Below are positions 10,077 to 19,289 of a stretch of DNA of 63,364 bases, one piece after another; position 1 is the first letter of the stretch, and each line of letters opens with the position of its first letter. The translations under genes and the position numbers were made by a program. The notes under the pieces were generated by a model. It was not told where the DNA came from. It was given only the letters and a program-made list of their open reading frames with translations, and ran no database searches. Source of the DNA: a virus (Duplodnaviria > Caudoviricetes); the IMG/VR virus record IMGVR_UViG_3300020581_000085, positions 1-63,364 of that record. The stretch is one strand, 5' to 3'.

Positions 10077-11123
10077 ATGTCCGTTTCGCCCATTCAAGGT
10101 ATCGGCGTTGCTCCATCAGGCGCCCTCGGAAATGAACTGAACAGCACCGTCAGACGTGCTTTCGTGCCAAATTTATTTGTCCAGATATACTTCTCAAGCC
10201 CAAATCTATTTTATCTGATCGGCAACGCGAAGAAGGCGGCCGGCGGCTTCAACCAGATCACCATTCCACTGCAGGGGCAGTCGATGGTGCAGGGCGGATT
10301 TACCAACTACGGCGGATCGTTCGCTCAGCCTCAGGTGATTCCGGCGGTACAGAATGCCCAGTTCAACCTGGCGTACTGGACCGTTGGCATTCCTCTTCCG
10401 TTTGGCGAGTCGGTTATCCAGTCGACAGAGACCGTCATTCCGCTTTTGAAAGCGAGAATGAACGATGCGTATTCGGTGACTTGGCAGAATTTCGCGCAGT
10501 TGGTTTATACATCGGCGTCGACCACGAATGCGATTTTCCCGGATTCATATGTCAACGCATTCGATAACGGTACAAACTTCTCCAACTATGGCGGTGTTAA
10601 CCGGTTGCAGGCCGGTAACTCCTTCTTCAAGGGACAGTACATCAATCTCGGTGCCGCACCGTGGTCTCTCTCCGCCGGTTTTACCCGTGCTTCGATGTCC
10701 AGTTTCCTTACGAAGGTTACGGATACTGCGGGTGGTGAAGCTCCAACCTTTGTGGTGATGAACCCAGCCGATTGGGCTACCCTCAACAAGGACTTCATCG
10801 GGACGGAAACGCTTTTCCTCCGGATGGGCGTCAATGGCGGGATGGATACGGCCAGGAATTCGTCGTTCCCTAATCTTCTGGTCAACAATATCCCGATTTT
10901 CGCCGATCACTTCTGCCCGGTTGGTCAGGTCTTTGCCGTCAACACCAAGTACGTCTCGATGTATTTGAGTGAAGACGCGGCCTTCGACTTCTCTGGGTTC
11001 TATTCGCTCGTTCCGCTGAACCAGATGGCGCAACAGGGCGTCGTGGTTGCCGGGTACAATATCGTCTGTGCCAAGCCAGTGTCTTGCGCGATCGGGTATG
11101 GCCTCGGTGGCAACGCCTTCTGA
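10077..11123 (+). CDS. Major capsid protein
   Basis: 348 aa, strong SD AGGAG; 'NYGGVNR', 'PTFVVMN', 'IPIFADHFCP...FAVNTKY' pattern typical of HK97-fold MCPs; synteny. Confidence 0.82.
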   Translation: MSVSPIQGIGVAPSGALGNELNSTVRRAFVPNLFVQIYFSSPNLFYLIGNAKKAAGGFNQITIPLQGQSMVQGGFTNYGGSFAQPQVIPAVQNAQFNLAYWTVGIPLPFGESVIQSTETVIPLLKARMNDAYSVTWQNFAQLVYTSASTTNAIFPDSYVNAFDNGTNFSNYGGVNRLQAGNSFFKGQYINLGAAPWSLSAGFTRASMSSFLTKVTDTAGGEAPTFVVMNPADWATLNKDFIGTETLFLRMGVNGGMDTARNSSFPNLLVNNIPIFADHFCPVGQVFAVNTKYVSMYLSEDAAFDFSGFYSLVPLNQMAQQGVVVAGYNIVCAKPVSCAIGYGLGGNAF

Positions 11124-11135
11124 TAGGAGAATGCA

Positions 11136-12248
11136 ATGAGCCAAATTCAGGGAGGCGCGGGTCTTGGATTAAAGCCGCCTCAGTACGCCTACCCCTCGGA
11201 ACTTAACCAAGCGGCCCCGGACGTTGCATCGGCGTATATCGGTTTTGCGGCTGGTGACGCTCTCCCCGTTCCTGCCGGACAGCAGTTTATCGAGCCAGGA
11301 TCGTATATGTTTCTCCAATACCTTGACCCGATCAACGGGGCATGGAGGGGACACAATACCGCTCGTGGCGCTGACGGAGGAATGCTCTGGTCTGACGGCG
11401 TAAATTACCGAATTTCCAACCTGACCGGTTGTCCGGTGGCTGCGGTCGTTACCGCGGGCGGGTCCGGTTATGTACAGTCATCGACGACCTGCGCGGCTTC
11501 AACCGGTGGCTCTCTTTGGCAGCCGATCGTCGGCGGCATGGTGTCAATGAGCACCATTTCGGTGGCTGGATCGGGTTATGGCATCGCGCCGCTTCTGTTT
11601 ATCCAGGAACCTCCGTTCCCCGGCGTGCAGGCTACCGGTCATTGCGCTATCACGGGCGGGTCGGTTACCAGCGTCGTGCTAGACAATGTGGGAGCTGGCT
11701 ATATCACCGCTCCGTCCGCGGTAATTATCCCGTCCCCGTACGATCCGAACTTGCCGACGCTCCCGGTGCAGGCCGCCGCCACCCTTGCCTTGGTTGGGTC
11801 TGGGTCTATCTCGGCCGTCATCTGCACCAACAACGGAGCTCCAACGGGCGCTACCGCACCGACGCTCACGATCTCCGGTGCGGGGACCGGCGCTTCGATT
11901 ACCGCGGTACAGTGCCTCACCATTACCGCCGGATCGGTAGCTGCCGGAGGTGCCGGGTTTACCGGTGGTGGCGGTGCCGTTACGGTAGGCGGTATTACGA
12001 CTGCCGTTCCGCAGTGGGTTAACCCGGCCATTCAGTTGACCGGTGCCATACCTCGCCCTGCCCAGATCGGGTTCTTCGCCACGGGCGGGTCTCTGATTTC
12101 CGTCTCTACTATTTTCGATGGCGGGCTGTTCTTTGGTACCCCCACGGTTCTTGTCACGGCCGGCGCCGGCAATCTCCAAACGACCACGGGATCGGTGACC
12201 GTCACCCTCGGGTCGACCAACGATACAGCCCGCATCGTGCCAATGTAG
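11136..12248 (+). CDS. Gly/Thr/Ser-rich virion protein (decoration/fibre-like) with GSGY-type repeats
   Basis: Follows MCP with strong SD; repeated 'GSGY/GAGY/GAGF' units. Confidence 0.7.
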   Translation: MSQIQGGAGLGLKPPQYAYPSELNQAAPDVASAYIGFAAGDALPVPAGQQFIEPGSYMFLQYLDPINGAWRGHNTARGADGGMLWSDGVNYRISNLTGCPVAAVVTAGGSGYVQSSTTCAASTGGSLWQPIVGGMVSMSTISVAGSGYGIAPLLFIQEPPFPGVQATGHCAITGGSVTSVVLDNVGAGYITAPSAVIIPSPYDPNLPTLPVQAAATLALVGSGSISAVICTNNGAPTGATAPTLTISGAGTGASITAVQCLTITAGSVAAGGAGFTGGGGAVTVGGITTAVPQWVNPAIQLTGAIPRPAQIGFFATGGSLISVSTIFDGGLFFGTPTVLVTAGAGNLQTTTGSVTVTLGSTNDTARIVPM

Positions 12249-12313
12249 GATATGGGGCGGCACTGACGGAGGCGCCGCCCTCGCTTATGCCTCCGATGTA
12301 ATAGGAGGCCGCT

Positions 12314-13039
12314 ATTCTCGTAACGTACGAAAACCGCACCAATCAATTACTTCAGTATCCAGTCGCTCCGGTCGACCCATTATATTCCACCGTTGATCTG
12401 GACAATTGGATAAATCAGGCTCGCACCCAGTGTGCCGGTGAGGGACAGTGCATCCGTGTATTGGGTACCATCGACACGGTAGCAGGCACCAACCTTTATC
12501 CATTCTCATCCATCACAGTTTCAGGGACGTCGGGGGTATCCGCCGCGCTCCATGTCAGGAGCATTCGGTACGCCGTAGGTAACGGCTACTCTCGTCTAAA
12601 GGTGAGAAATTACGAATGGATGGAGTCGTACGAACTAAATAATGCCGTTATCCCCTCCGGTCCACCTACGGTATGGGCACAGTACGGTCAGGGCGAGACG
12701 GGGAGTTTCTTCATCTCGCCTCTCCCCGACGACGTGTACATGATGACATGCGATTGTGTGTGCCTCCCCATCAATCTTGTGGACGACACGACGCCGGAAG
12801 CAATCCCTCCCCTATGGCAGGATGCCGTGGCCTATTTCGCAGCATACCTTGCTTTACTGTCGGCACAATCGGCACAAAGGCAATCTGACGCCGATCGGAT
12901 GTTTGCTCGTTACACCGAATTCGTAGATCGGGCCCGAAGATTCGCCACTCCTGACGTCAACAAGAACCTCTACCCACAGAACCAAGACCCGACAATCATC
13001 TCAAAGCTGGGTCTTACGCCTAAAGCGGGGGCCCAGTAA
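12314..13039 (+). CDS. Head-tail adaptor/tail tubular A-like protein, paralog 1; probable ATT start
   Basis: GGAGG at 12304-12308, ATT at 12314 in frame, in-frame TAG at 12302; N- and C-termini align with the next gene. Confidence 0.7.
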   Translation: MLVTYENRTNQLLQYPVAPVDPLYSTVDLDNWINQARTQCAGEGQCIRVLGTIDTVAGTNLYPFSSITVSGTSGVSAALHVRSIRYAVGNGYSRLKVRNYEWMESYELNNAVIPSGPPTVWAQYGQGETGSFFISPLPDDVYMMTCDCVCLPINLVDDTTPEAIPPLWQDAVAYFAAYLALLSAQSAQRQSDADRMFARYTEFVDRARRFATPDVNKNLYPQNQDPTIISKLGLTPKAGAQ

Positions 13040-13965
13040 TGCTGCACGAATATCTAAAGCAGACCCGCCGTTTTCTCCGTGACGCCAAGCAGGACATGCT
13101 CGAGGAGGAGGATGTCATTGAGCATATCAATGAGGCGCGTCGTGAAACCGCGATGCGAGCGCAGGCGATCCGGAGACTTACTCCGATCGCGGCCGGGCTA
13201 GTTTCTGCAAGCGTTACCTCGCCGGGCAGTGGATACACAAATCCAACCATAGTCATCTCTCCCCCGGATTTCCCCGATGGTCTTCCTGGATACCCAAATG
13301 GGCGTCAAGCAACGGCGCTTGCCACGCTACAAGGCGGACAAATATCCGCAGTAGACATTCAGGATGGCGGGGCGGGGTATCAAAACCCTCTCATGTCTAT
13401 CACTGACCCGACTGGCACCGGGGCTGTCGTGGTGCCCACGCCGGTCAAGTATAATCAGATAATTCAGGGGCAAGAAAAATATGACTGGGCAGACATAGAT
13501 ACGTCGATGTTTCCTGGGGTTGGCGCTGTGTTCTGGATCCAATCGGTTGGCGTTATCTATGCGAACTGGCGCTATGTACCTCAGTACTGCTCATTCACAA
13601 AGTACCAGGCAAAAATTCGCACCTACACTACAGCCTCGTACCAGTACGTGCCAGCTTTCTTCACTCAATACGGGCGTGGAGTGGACGGTTCTTTTTATAT
13701 GTATCCACCGCCGTCTCAGACATACCCAACTGAGTACGACTGCCTATGCCTGCCTATAAACTTAATCGACGACACGACTCCTGAGGCAATTCCTTCTCCG
13801 TGGACTGACGCGGTTAAATTCTACGCTGCGGCTATGTGTTACCTCGACCTGCAGAACGGAAATAAAGCGCGAGAGCACTTCGATCTGTATGATTCTTTCA
13901 TGCACAGGTATGGTGCCTACGCGATGCCCGGTCGTCAGATAAATCAGTATGGGCGTCCGTCGTAA
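13039..13965 (+). CDS. Head-tail adaptor/tail tubular A-like protein, paralog 2, with inserted GSGY domain
   Basis: Shares 'C.CLPINL.DDTTPEAIP..W.DAV..AA' with previous gene; 'INEARRE' N-terminal helix. Confidence 0.7.
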   Translation: MLHEYLKQTRRFLRDAKQDMLEEEDVIEHINEARRETAMRAQAIRRLTPIAAGLVSASVTSPGSGYTNPTIVISPPDFPDGLPGYPNGRQATALATLQGGQISAVDIQDGGAGYQNPLMSITDPTGTGAVVVPTPVKYNQIIQGQEKYDWADIDTSMFPGVGAVFWIQSVGVIYANWRYVPQYCSFTKYQAKIRTYTTASYQYVPAFFTQYGRGVDGSFYMYPPPSQTYPTEYDCLCLPINLIDDTTPEAIPSPWTDAVKFYAAAMCYLDLQNGNKAREHFDLYDSFMHRYGAYAMPGRQINQYGRPS

Positions 13966-15602
13966 TGGCTATCAAGGCCCAGCAGCCTGCCGCTCAAGGC
14001 GACCAGCCGTGGCAACCCACGATGCCTCCTCCGATGCTTATGGAGGAGTTTCAGGGTCTCTATACCTCCACGACTAGACCGGGAGTGAAGGACGAGGCGT
14101 GCTGGTGGATAGACGGCTATATCCCGCTCGGGCGTAATGATCTTCGCACGTTGCCGGGGACTGGTCCCGTAGTGTTCAGGGCGCCTACGGGGAAAACTAT
14201 TGCATTTTTTGATTTTACCAATATTGGACCCACGCCGTACTCGATTGTCATAGGAGCAACGGGAGAAATATACGCTGTTAACACCGATACCGGAGCGTTC
14301 TCAACGATTGCTCCTGCCGGGACAATTACGAACCCATCAAAGCAGAACGTGGGTATTTCCCAATACGGTAGTCAATATGTTCTCATCGTTGCAAAGCAAA
14401 CCAACGGATACTTTATCTGGGACGGGACTACGTTCTTTACGCCGGGTATGTCTTTCACCGGGGTTGGCGGCGGTACAATCCCAACCGGGATAGGCGGTAC
14501 TACCATCGAGACTTATGCTGGACGTATTTGGATCGGGAACGGAGCAACGATATTTTTTAGTGTCCCTGGATCTTTGACGGATTTCTCATCGGGAGATGGT
14601 GGTGGGAACTTCACCTCCAACGATAGCTTCTTGCGGGTTCAATATACGCAGCTAGTTCAAACCAACGGCTTCCTATATCTGATCGGAGATTCCTCGATCA
14701 ACTATATCTCCGGCGTTCAGACTTCTGCATCTCCTCCGGTCACGACGTTTACAAACCAGAATGCCGATCCTGAAGTTGGCACTCCATACTCTGCCTCTGT
14801 GACCGTAATTGGTAGAAATATTATCTTCGCAAACGCATGGGGAATTCACGTCAGCTACGGCGCGGCCGTAACCAAAATCAGCGAAGCTTGCGATGGGTTC
14901 TATACGTCAGTTCCTAATTTTGGCGGGCAGCAGTTAAGCGCAGCAAAATCCATCGTATACGGTAAGCGTCTTTGGTCTTTGCTATGTCCTGTGATTGATC
15001 AATTTACTGGCCAGCAGAGAAACAAGCTCATCACATGGAATAGCCAGTTGTGGTTTGTCTCGGAGCAGGATGTGGTTCTAACCTATATCCGGCATCAGGA
15101 AATCAACTCTGTGCTCACCGCATGGGGGACGGACGGGACCACGCTACGTAGGCTTTTCCAGAATCCGTCTACCGGGTTTACCAAGCGGGTGATGTCCAAG
15201 TTCTGGCGCAGCCAACTCGGCATTAACATGAAGGAAACCGCCAATCGGTTTTGGGCCTCCGCTCAGTATTATAATCTCTCCGATCCTAACGTTAACGTAT
15301 ACATCGAATCGGAGAATGCCGCTTCGTTTGGCGGCACAGCGCAAATCCAGCTCGTGCCAGGAACAACCAACGTGGAATGGACCACACTTGGTACGCAGGT
15401 GATGAACTGGACCACGATGGTTTTGGGAGTATCCACTCCTATGAAGTGGACAACCACAAATGCGGGCGGGATCGTGGTGTTTGATCCAAGATCGGTTGCC
15501 CAACAGGGGGTCTATTTAGGGTTTACGCTAGAGACCAACTCCGCTGACATGGCATGGATATCTGCTATGATAGGCAACGCTCTCTGGAATTATCGGGGAT
15601 AA
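13965..15602 (+). CDS. Tail nozzle/tubular B (P22 gp10-like) beta-rich protein
   Basis: Size, position after adaptors, beta-propeller-like composition ('YAGRIWI...FFS'). Confidence 0.65.
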   Translation: MAIKAQQPAAQGDQPWQPTMPPPMLMEEFQGLYTSTTRPGVKDEACWWIDGYIPLGRNDLRTLPGTGPVVFRAPTGKTIAFFDFTNIGPTPYSIVIGATGEIYAVNTDTGAFSTIAPAGTITNPSKQNVGISQYGSQYVLIVAKQTNGYFIWDGTTFFTPGMSFTGVGGGTIPTGIGGTTIETYAGRIWIGNGATIFFSVPGSLTDFSSGDGGGNFTSNDSFLRVQYTQLVQTNGFLYLIGDSSINYISGVQTSASPPVTTFTNQNADPEVGTPYSASVTVIGRNIIFANAWGIHVSYGAAVTKISEACDGFYTSVPNFGGQQLSAAKSIVYGKRLWSLLCPVIDQFTGQQRNKLITWNSQLWFVSEQDVVLTYIRHQEINSVLTAWGTDGTTLRRLFQNPSTGFTKRVMSKFWRSQLGINMKETANRFWASAQYYNLSDPNVNVYIESENAASFGGTAQIQLVPGTTNVEWTTLGTQVMNWTTMVLGVSTPMKWTTTNAGGIVVFDPRSVAQQGVYLGFTLETNSADMAWISAMIGNALWNYRG

Positions 15603-15603
15603 C

Positions 15604-16263
15604 ATGGCTCTGCCTACCGCATTTACGGGGAACGTCGCTCCTACCGGAGAAGAACTAGACGCCGATCTTGCGGCGCTTGGTGCTCTTACGCCAATTCCCT
15701 GCACGATAGCGGGCACAAACACAATCACCCTGACGCCAAACGCAAATACGCCAACTGTCGTAGCATACGCTCCATATACCCAATTCACCGGCATAGCCGC
15801 TGGCACCAACACGGGTCCGGTTACAGCTCAGGTTGGTTCTCTGGCATCTCTCAATGTCTATAAGGACACCATCAACGGCCCGGTTCAATTAAGCGGTAGT
15901 GAGATCGTCCTAAATACCAAACTCATCCTGATGTACGACCCAACCCTTAATACAGGAGCGGGAGGTTTCCATCTAGTCGGTACGGTTGCCTCAACCACTA
16001 GAGACCACACTACTACGGCATCGATTTCAATTACGGCTATCCCGCCGTTCACAGGATCGACGGCCACGGTTCTTCTCGCCGGTTCATCTATTGGCGATAT
16101 CGTATCGCTTGGATTCCCGTCCCTTGCATCGATAGGATTGTCTTGGCAGGGCTATGTCAATAATGCGGGGACGATCACATTGAACGTGTTCAACCTGTTC
16201 TCGCTAGCTACCGTCACTCCCAACGTCGGTGTCTATACCATCAACACTAGGGGTTTCACTTAA
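15604..16263 (+). CDS. Tail-associated structural protein
   Basis: Thr-rich beta-strand content; resembles N-terminal regions of tail fibres. Confidence 0.55.
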   Translation: MALPTAFTGNVAPTGEELDADLAALGALTPIPCTIAGTNTITLTPNANTPTVVAYAPYTQFTGIAAGTNTGPVTAQVGSLASLNVYKDTINGPVQLSGSEIVLNTKLILMYDPTLNTGAGGFHLVGTVASTTRDHTTTASISITAIPPFTGSTATVLLAGSSIGDIVSLGFPSLASIGLSWQGYVNNAGTITLNVFNLFSLATVTPNVGVYTINTRGFT

Positions 16264-16604
16264 TGTCTGACGTAGCTGGCCTAGCGAACGTCCCAAACTC
16301 TCCGCAGGAATTAGCGGAATGGAGCTTCGCTCACGCCGCTCACCACGCCGATATTGTTCGCGTCATCTATCAGATTACCAAACTAGCATTGCCGATTTTC
16401 ATTCTTGATCCGATTGACGTAAATAATCCCCAAGTGTGGGCAGACCAGCATCAGATAATGCACTCGCAGATGGACGATGTTTTGGGGATTGCTGGGTATA
16501 ACCTCGATGATTGGGACTGGAAAAACCAAAGTACATTGGCGGGGAATATTTGGAATAACTTTCAAGACCACCTTCAAGCATCTGAAATTTTGGAGATAGG
16601 GTAG
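16263..16604 (+). CDS. Hypothetical His-rich protein
   Basis: Coupled ORF; 'HAAHH', 'HQIMH'. Confidence 0.65.
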   Translation: MSDVAGLANVPNSPQELAEWSFAHAAHHADIVRVIYQITKLALPIFILDPIDVNNPQVWADQHQIMHSQMDDVLGIAGYNLDDWDWKNQSTLAGNIWNNFQDHLQASEILEIG

Positions 16605-16609
16605 GAAAC

Positions 16610-17179
16610 ATGGCAGACGCAGCACTCAAGATCGAACCGGAATACCATCCTTCTCGTCGCGTAGCTCGGTACGACCTCGTGGATTACGGGGCCTATCTCT
16701 GCAAGCGCATGAAGCAACATTGGCCTCACCTTCAGGACCGTCAAATCCTCGGGTATTTGCAGGGATGTTCGGATGGGCCTTCGTCGGGGGAATATCTGTT
16801 CATCCGCACCGATAGATCGTTTCTCCTCGCCCAATCGTTTCAGGAATTCCTTGAGCCCTATCCGTGGGTGAAAGAGATTTTCTGCTTTGCCTATTATGAA
16901 GACGCTAGGTATCCAGCCGAGGGCGATACGGTCGAAAAGTATCAGAAGGAAATGAAGGAGTCCGCCATCCTTCAGGCCGCGTCTCTATATGAAGATTTGA
17001 TCCGGTGGGCTCAGAAGATCGGGGCCAACGAGATCATCGTCGACAAGCTGACCGACGTCCCTGTCAAGGACGATAAAGACCCCAAGCATATGAGCACCAT
17101 CAAGGGCAGGATGGGCAAGCTTTACAAGTCGGAAGAGATTTTCGCCCGCATGGATCCGGACAAGATTAGGAAAGTCTAA
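16610..17179 (+). CDS. Hypothetical protein, possibly degenerate GNAT fold
   Basis: 'LIRWAQKIGANEI' resembles a GNAT C-terminal segment. Confidence 0.55.
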   Translation: MADAALKIEPEYHPSRRVARYDLVDYGAYLCKRMKQHWPHLQDRQILGYLQGCSDGPSSGEYLFIRTDRSFLLAQSFQEFLEPYPWVKEIFCFAYYEDARYPAEGDTVEKYQKEMKESAILQAASLYEDLIRWAQKIGANEIIVDKLTDVPVKDDKDPKHMSTIKGRMGKLYKSEEIFARMDPDKIRKV

Positions 17180-17931
17180 TGATCGAAAGGCATCGCACGG
17201 CTCAAGCATTGAACGAGATCGTCAATGATCCGCATGTCAGGCCGTGGGTAGCCCCTGGTAGTCAGACCTTGGATCTGACGTTTCAGGTCGAGAACGAGAA
17301 TAACGTATGTCTTGTCGGGGAACATGGATGCTGTGTTTTCCTGAAGGCGCTCCCCGGTGTTTATGAGGTCCATACACAGGTAAAGCGTGAGGGCAGAGGT
17401 GCGTGGACCAATGCCCTCACAAGGGCTTGCGCTCATTGGATGTTCCTTAAGACCGACGCCTATGAGATCCTAACCCGCGTACCGCAAGGCCATATTGCGG
17501 CTAAGGCGGCGGCTCAAAATGCTGGGATGCGGTTTGATTTCACTCGGGAGAAAGAGTGTTTGTTCCGAGGACAGATGATTGACGTTCATATCTATTCATT
17601 TCGTTTGCAGGACTGGCTTTCATCAGACCCTAGCGGTTTGATTGAGGTGGGCCGGGAATTTCATGATTTGCTGCACAAAGAGGCAGAGCGCCTTGGAGTA
17701 AAAGACCCCTCCCACGGGGATGATGAAAACCATAACCTTTATGTCGGGGCGGCTGTGGAAATGGTTAGAGCCGGATTCCCGGTAAAGGCGGCGCTGACCT
17801 ATAATCGGTGGGCCATAGTTTCCCGCCATGAGCCGATCAGTCTCATGTCAGTTAGCCCCGTGGTAGCCAAAATTGACCACGGGCTGTATGTTACCTTCGA
17901 AGGCGACGACATCAAAGTGAGCCTACCATGA
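17179..17931 (+). CDS. GNAT-fold protein (P22 gp14-like position)
   Basis: 'YEVHTQVKREGRG.W', 'HWMF...EILTRVP...A...AGMRF'; lies just before the ejection proteins. Confidence 0.65.
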   Translation: MIERHRTAQALNEIVNDPHVRPWVAPGSQTLDLTFQVENENNVCLVGEHGCCVFLKALPGVYEVHTQVKREGRGAWTNALTRACAHWMFLKTDAYEILTRVPQGHIAAKAAAQNAGMRFDFTREKECLFRGQMIDVHIYSFRLQDWLSSDPSGLIEVGREFHDLLHKEAERLGVKDPSHGDDENHNLYVGAAVEMVRAGFPVKAALTYNRWAIVSRHEPISLMSVSPVVAKIDHGLYVTFEGDDIKVSLP

Positions 17932-19289
17932 AACACCGCATTGCTAGTGATAGCGCGATAACTTTCGAGATTTACGCTCGGCATATATGTCATTTCGGTA
18001 TTACGGAAGGGTTAGCGGCTCTGGCGGGTGGGGCCGATCTTGCGTCCCTGTTTGGGTTTGGCGCTACCGAAGCGGCCCCGGTTGTTGCTGGAGCTACTGA
18101 CGCCGGTATTGCTGGCACCGGTACTGGACTATTCGGTGGGGCTACCGGTCTCGCTGGTACGGCACTGGCGGGTGGAGCCGGAACGGATATAGCCGCCCTT
18201 ACCGCCACTCCAGGGCTCGGTGCATTCGGTACGGCGGCCGATTTCTTGGCTGCTCCAACTGCTATCGGAGGCGTTAGTACGGCTGGAGGTTTTGGCGCCG
18301 CCGCTGATGCCGCGGCTGGGAGCGCGGCTAATACTGGCCTTGCAAGCGGTCTCGGCGGTATTGATTCCCTATCTGGTCTATCTGCCCCGACTGGCGGGAT
18401 AACTCCATCGGTTGCCGCCGCATCTCCCGTTTCCCCTACCGGTGGAGCCATATCGAGCCCGTCGCTCACCCCGGCCGCCGCCGGTACATCGGTGGCCCCT
18501 ACTGGCGCGGGACCGACCGACCTAACCTCCATCACCGGAACTGGAACGGGTCTTCCTGGAGGCGCTACGGGTGTTCAAGGCACGAATTTAGCGACGGGGG
18601 GAACTCTTGCCGATCCTACTACGGCCGCCGCTAGTGGGGGCTCTCCCACCGCTGGGTCTGGGGCCAGTAGTGGTGCGGCCGCTAACGGAGGGGCCGCTTC
18701 TTCATCTGGATTTTCCTTTGATAACCTCGTGAGTAATGCCACGAAATCGATCACCAATAATCCTCTTTCGCTAGCTGGGCCTCTCGTTGGCGCTGGCGGC
18801 CTTGCCTACAATCTTCTGCAGAGCAAGAAAGAATTGCCCAACGAGACAAATCTTGAAAATGCGGCGGCTACTGCTACTGGCAACGCCAACCAATTATCGT
18901 CTTACCTGTTGAACGGGAATCTTCCTCCCGGATTGCAGACCGCCGTATCCAAGGCAACGCAGGATGCCAAGACAGCGGCTATCTCGAATGCCGCCAAGAA
19001 TGGTCAGCCGACCGATCCGTCTCAGAACTCTACGTTGGCCGCAGAACTAGCATCGATCGATCAGCAGTCCACTATCACTACGGCTACGGTTGGCCAGCAA
19101 TTACTCCAGACCGGGCTGTCAGAGGCTCAGCTTGCATCTACCGATTTTGCTACGCTTGTGAATGCTGATTTGCAGCAGCAGCAAATGATTGGAAACGCTA
19201 TAGGAAATTTTGCAAAATCTTTAGGAGGATTGGGCAGTTCGGGCCTCAAGTTGAACGTTGGCAGTAGCGGGACAACGGTAAGCACCTAA
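17928..19289 (+). CDS. Internal virion/DNA ejection protein (Ala/Gly-rich)
   Basis: Very A/G/T/S-rich, Gln-rich C-terminus; podovirus synteny. Confidence 0.6.
   Translation: MKHRIASDSAITFEIYARHICHFGITEGLAALAGGADLASLFGFGATEAAPVVAGATDAGIAGTGTGLFGGATGLAGTALAGGAGTDIAALTATPGLGAFGTAADFLAAPTAIGGVSTAGGFGAAADAAAGSAANTGLASGLGGIDSLSGLSAPTGGITPSVAAASPVSPTGGAISSPSLTPAAAGTSVAPTGAGPTDLTSITGTGTGLPGGATGVQGTNLATGGTLADPTTAAASGGSPTAGSGASSGAAANGGAASSSGFSFDNLVSNATKSITNNPLSLAGPLVGAGGLAYNLLQSKKELPNETNLENAAATATGNANQLSSYLLNGNLPPGLQTAVSKATQDAKTAAISNAAKNGQPTDPSQNSTLAAELASIDQQSTITTATVGQQLLQTGLSEAQLASTDFATLVNADLQQQQMIGNAIGNFAKSLGGLGSSGLKLNVGSSGTTVST

Noticed and set aside
10545-12263. Long antisense and alternate-frame ORFs over capsid-region genes (similar ones at 17990-18535 and 37567-38172)
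   Set aside because: Shadow ORFs expected from codon bias in Gly/Ala/Thr-rich genes
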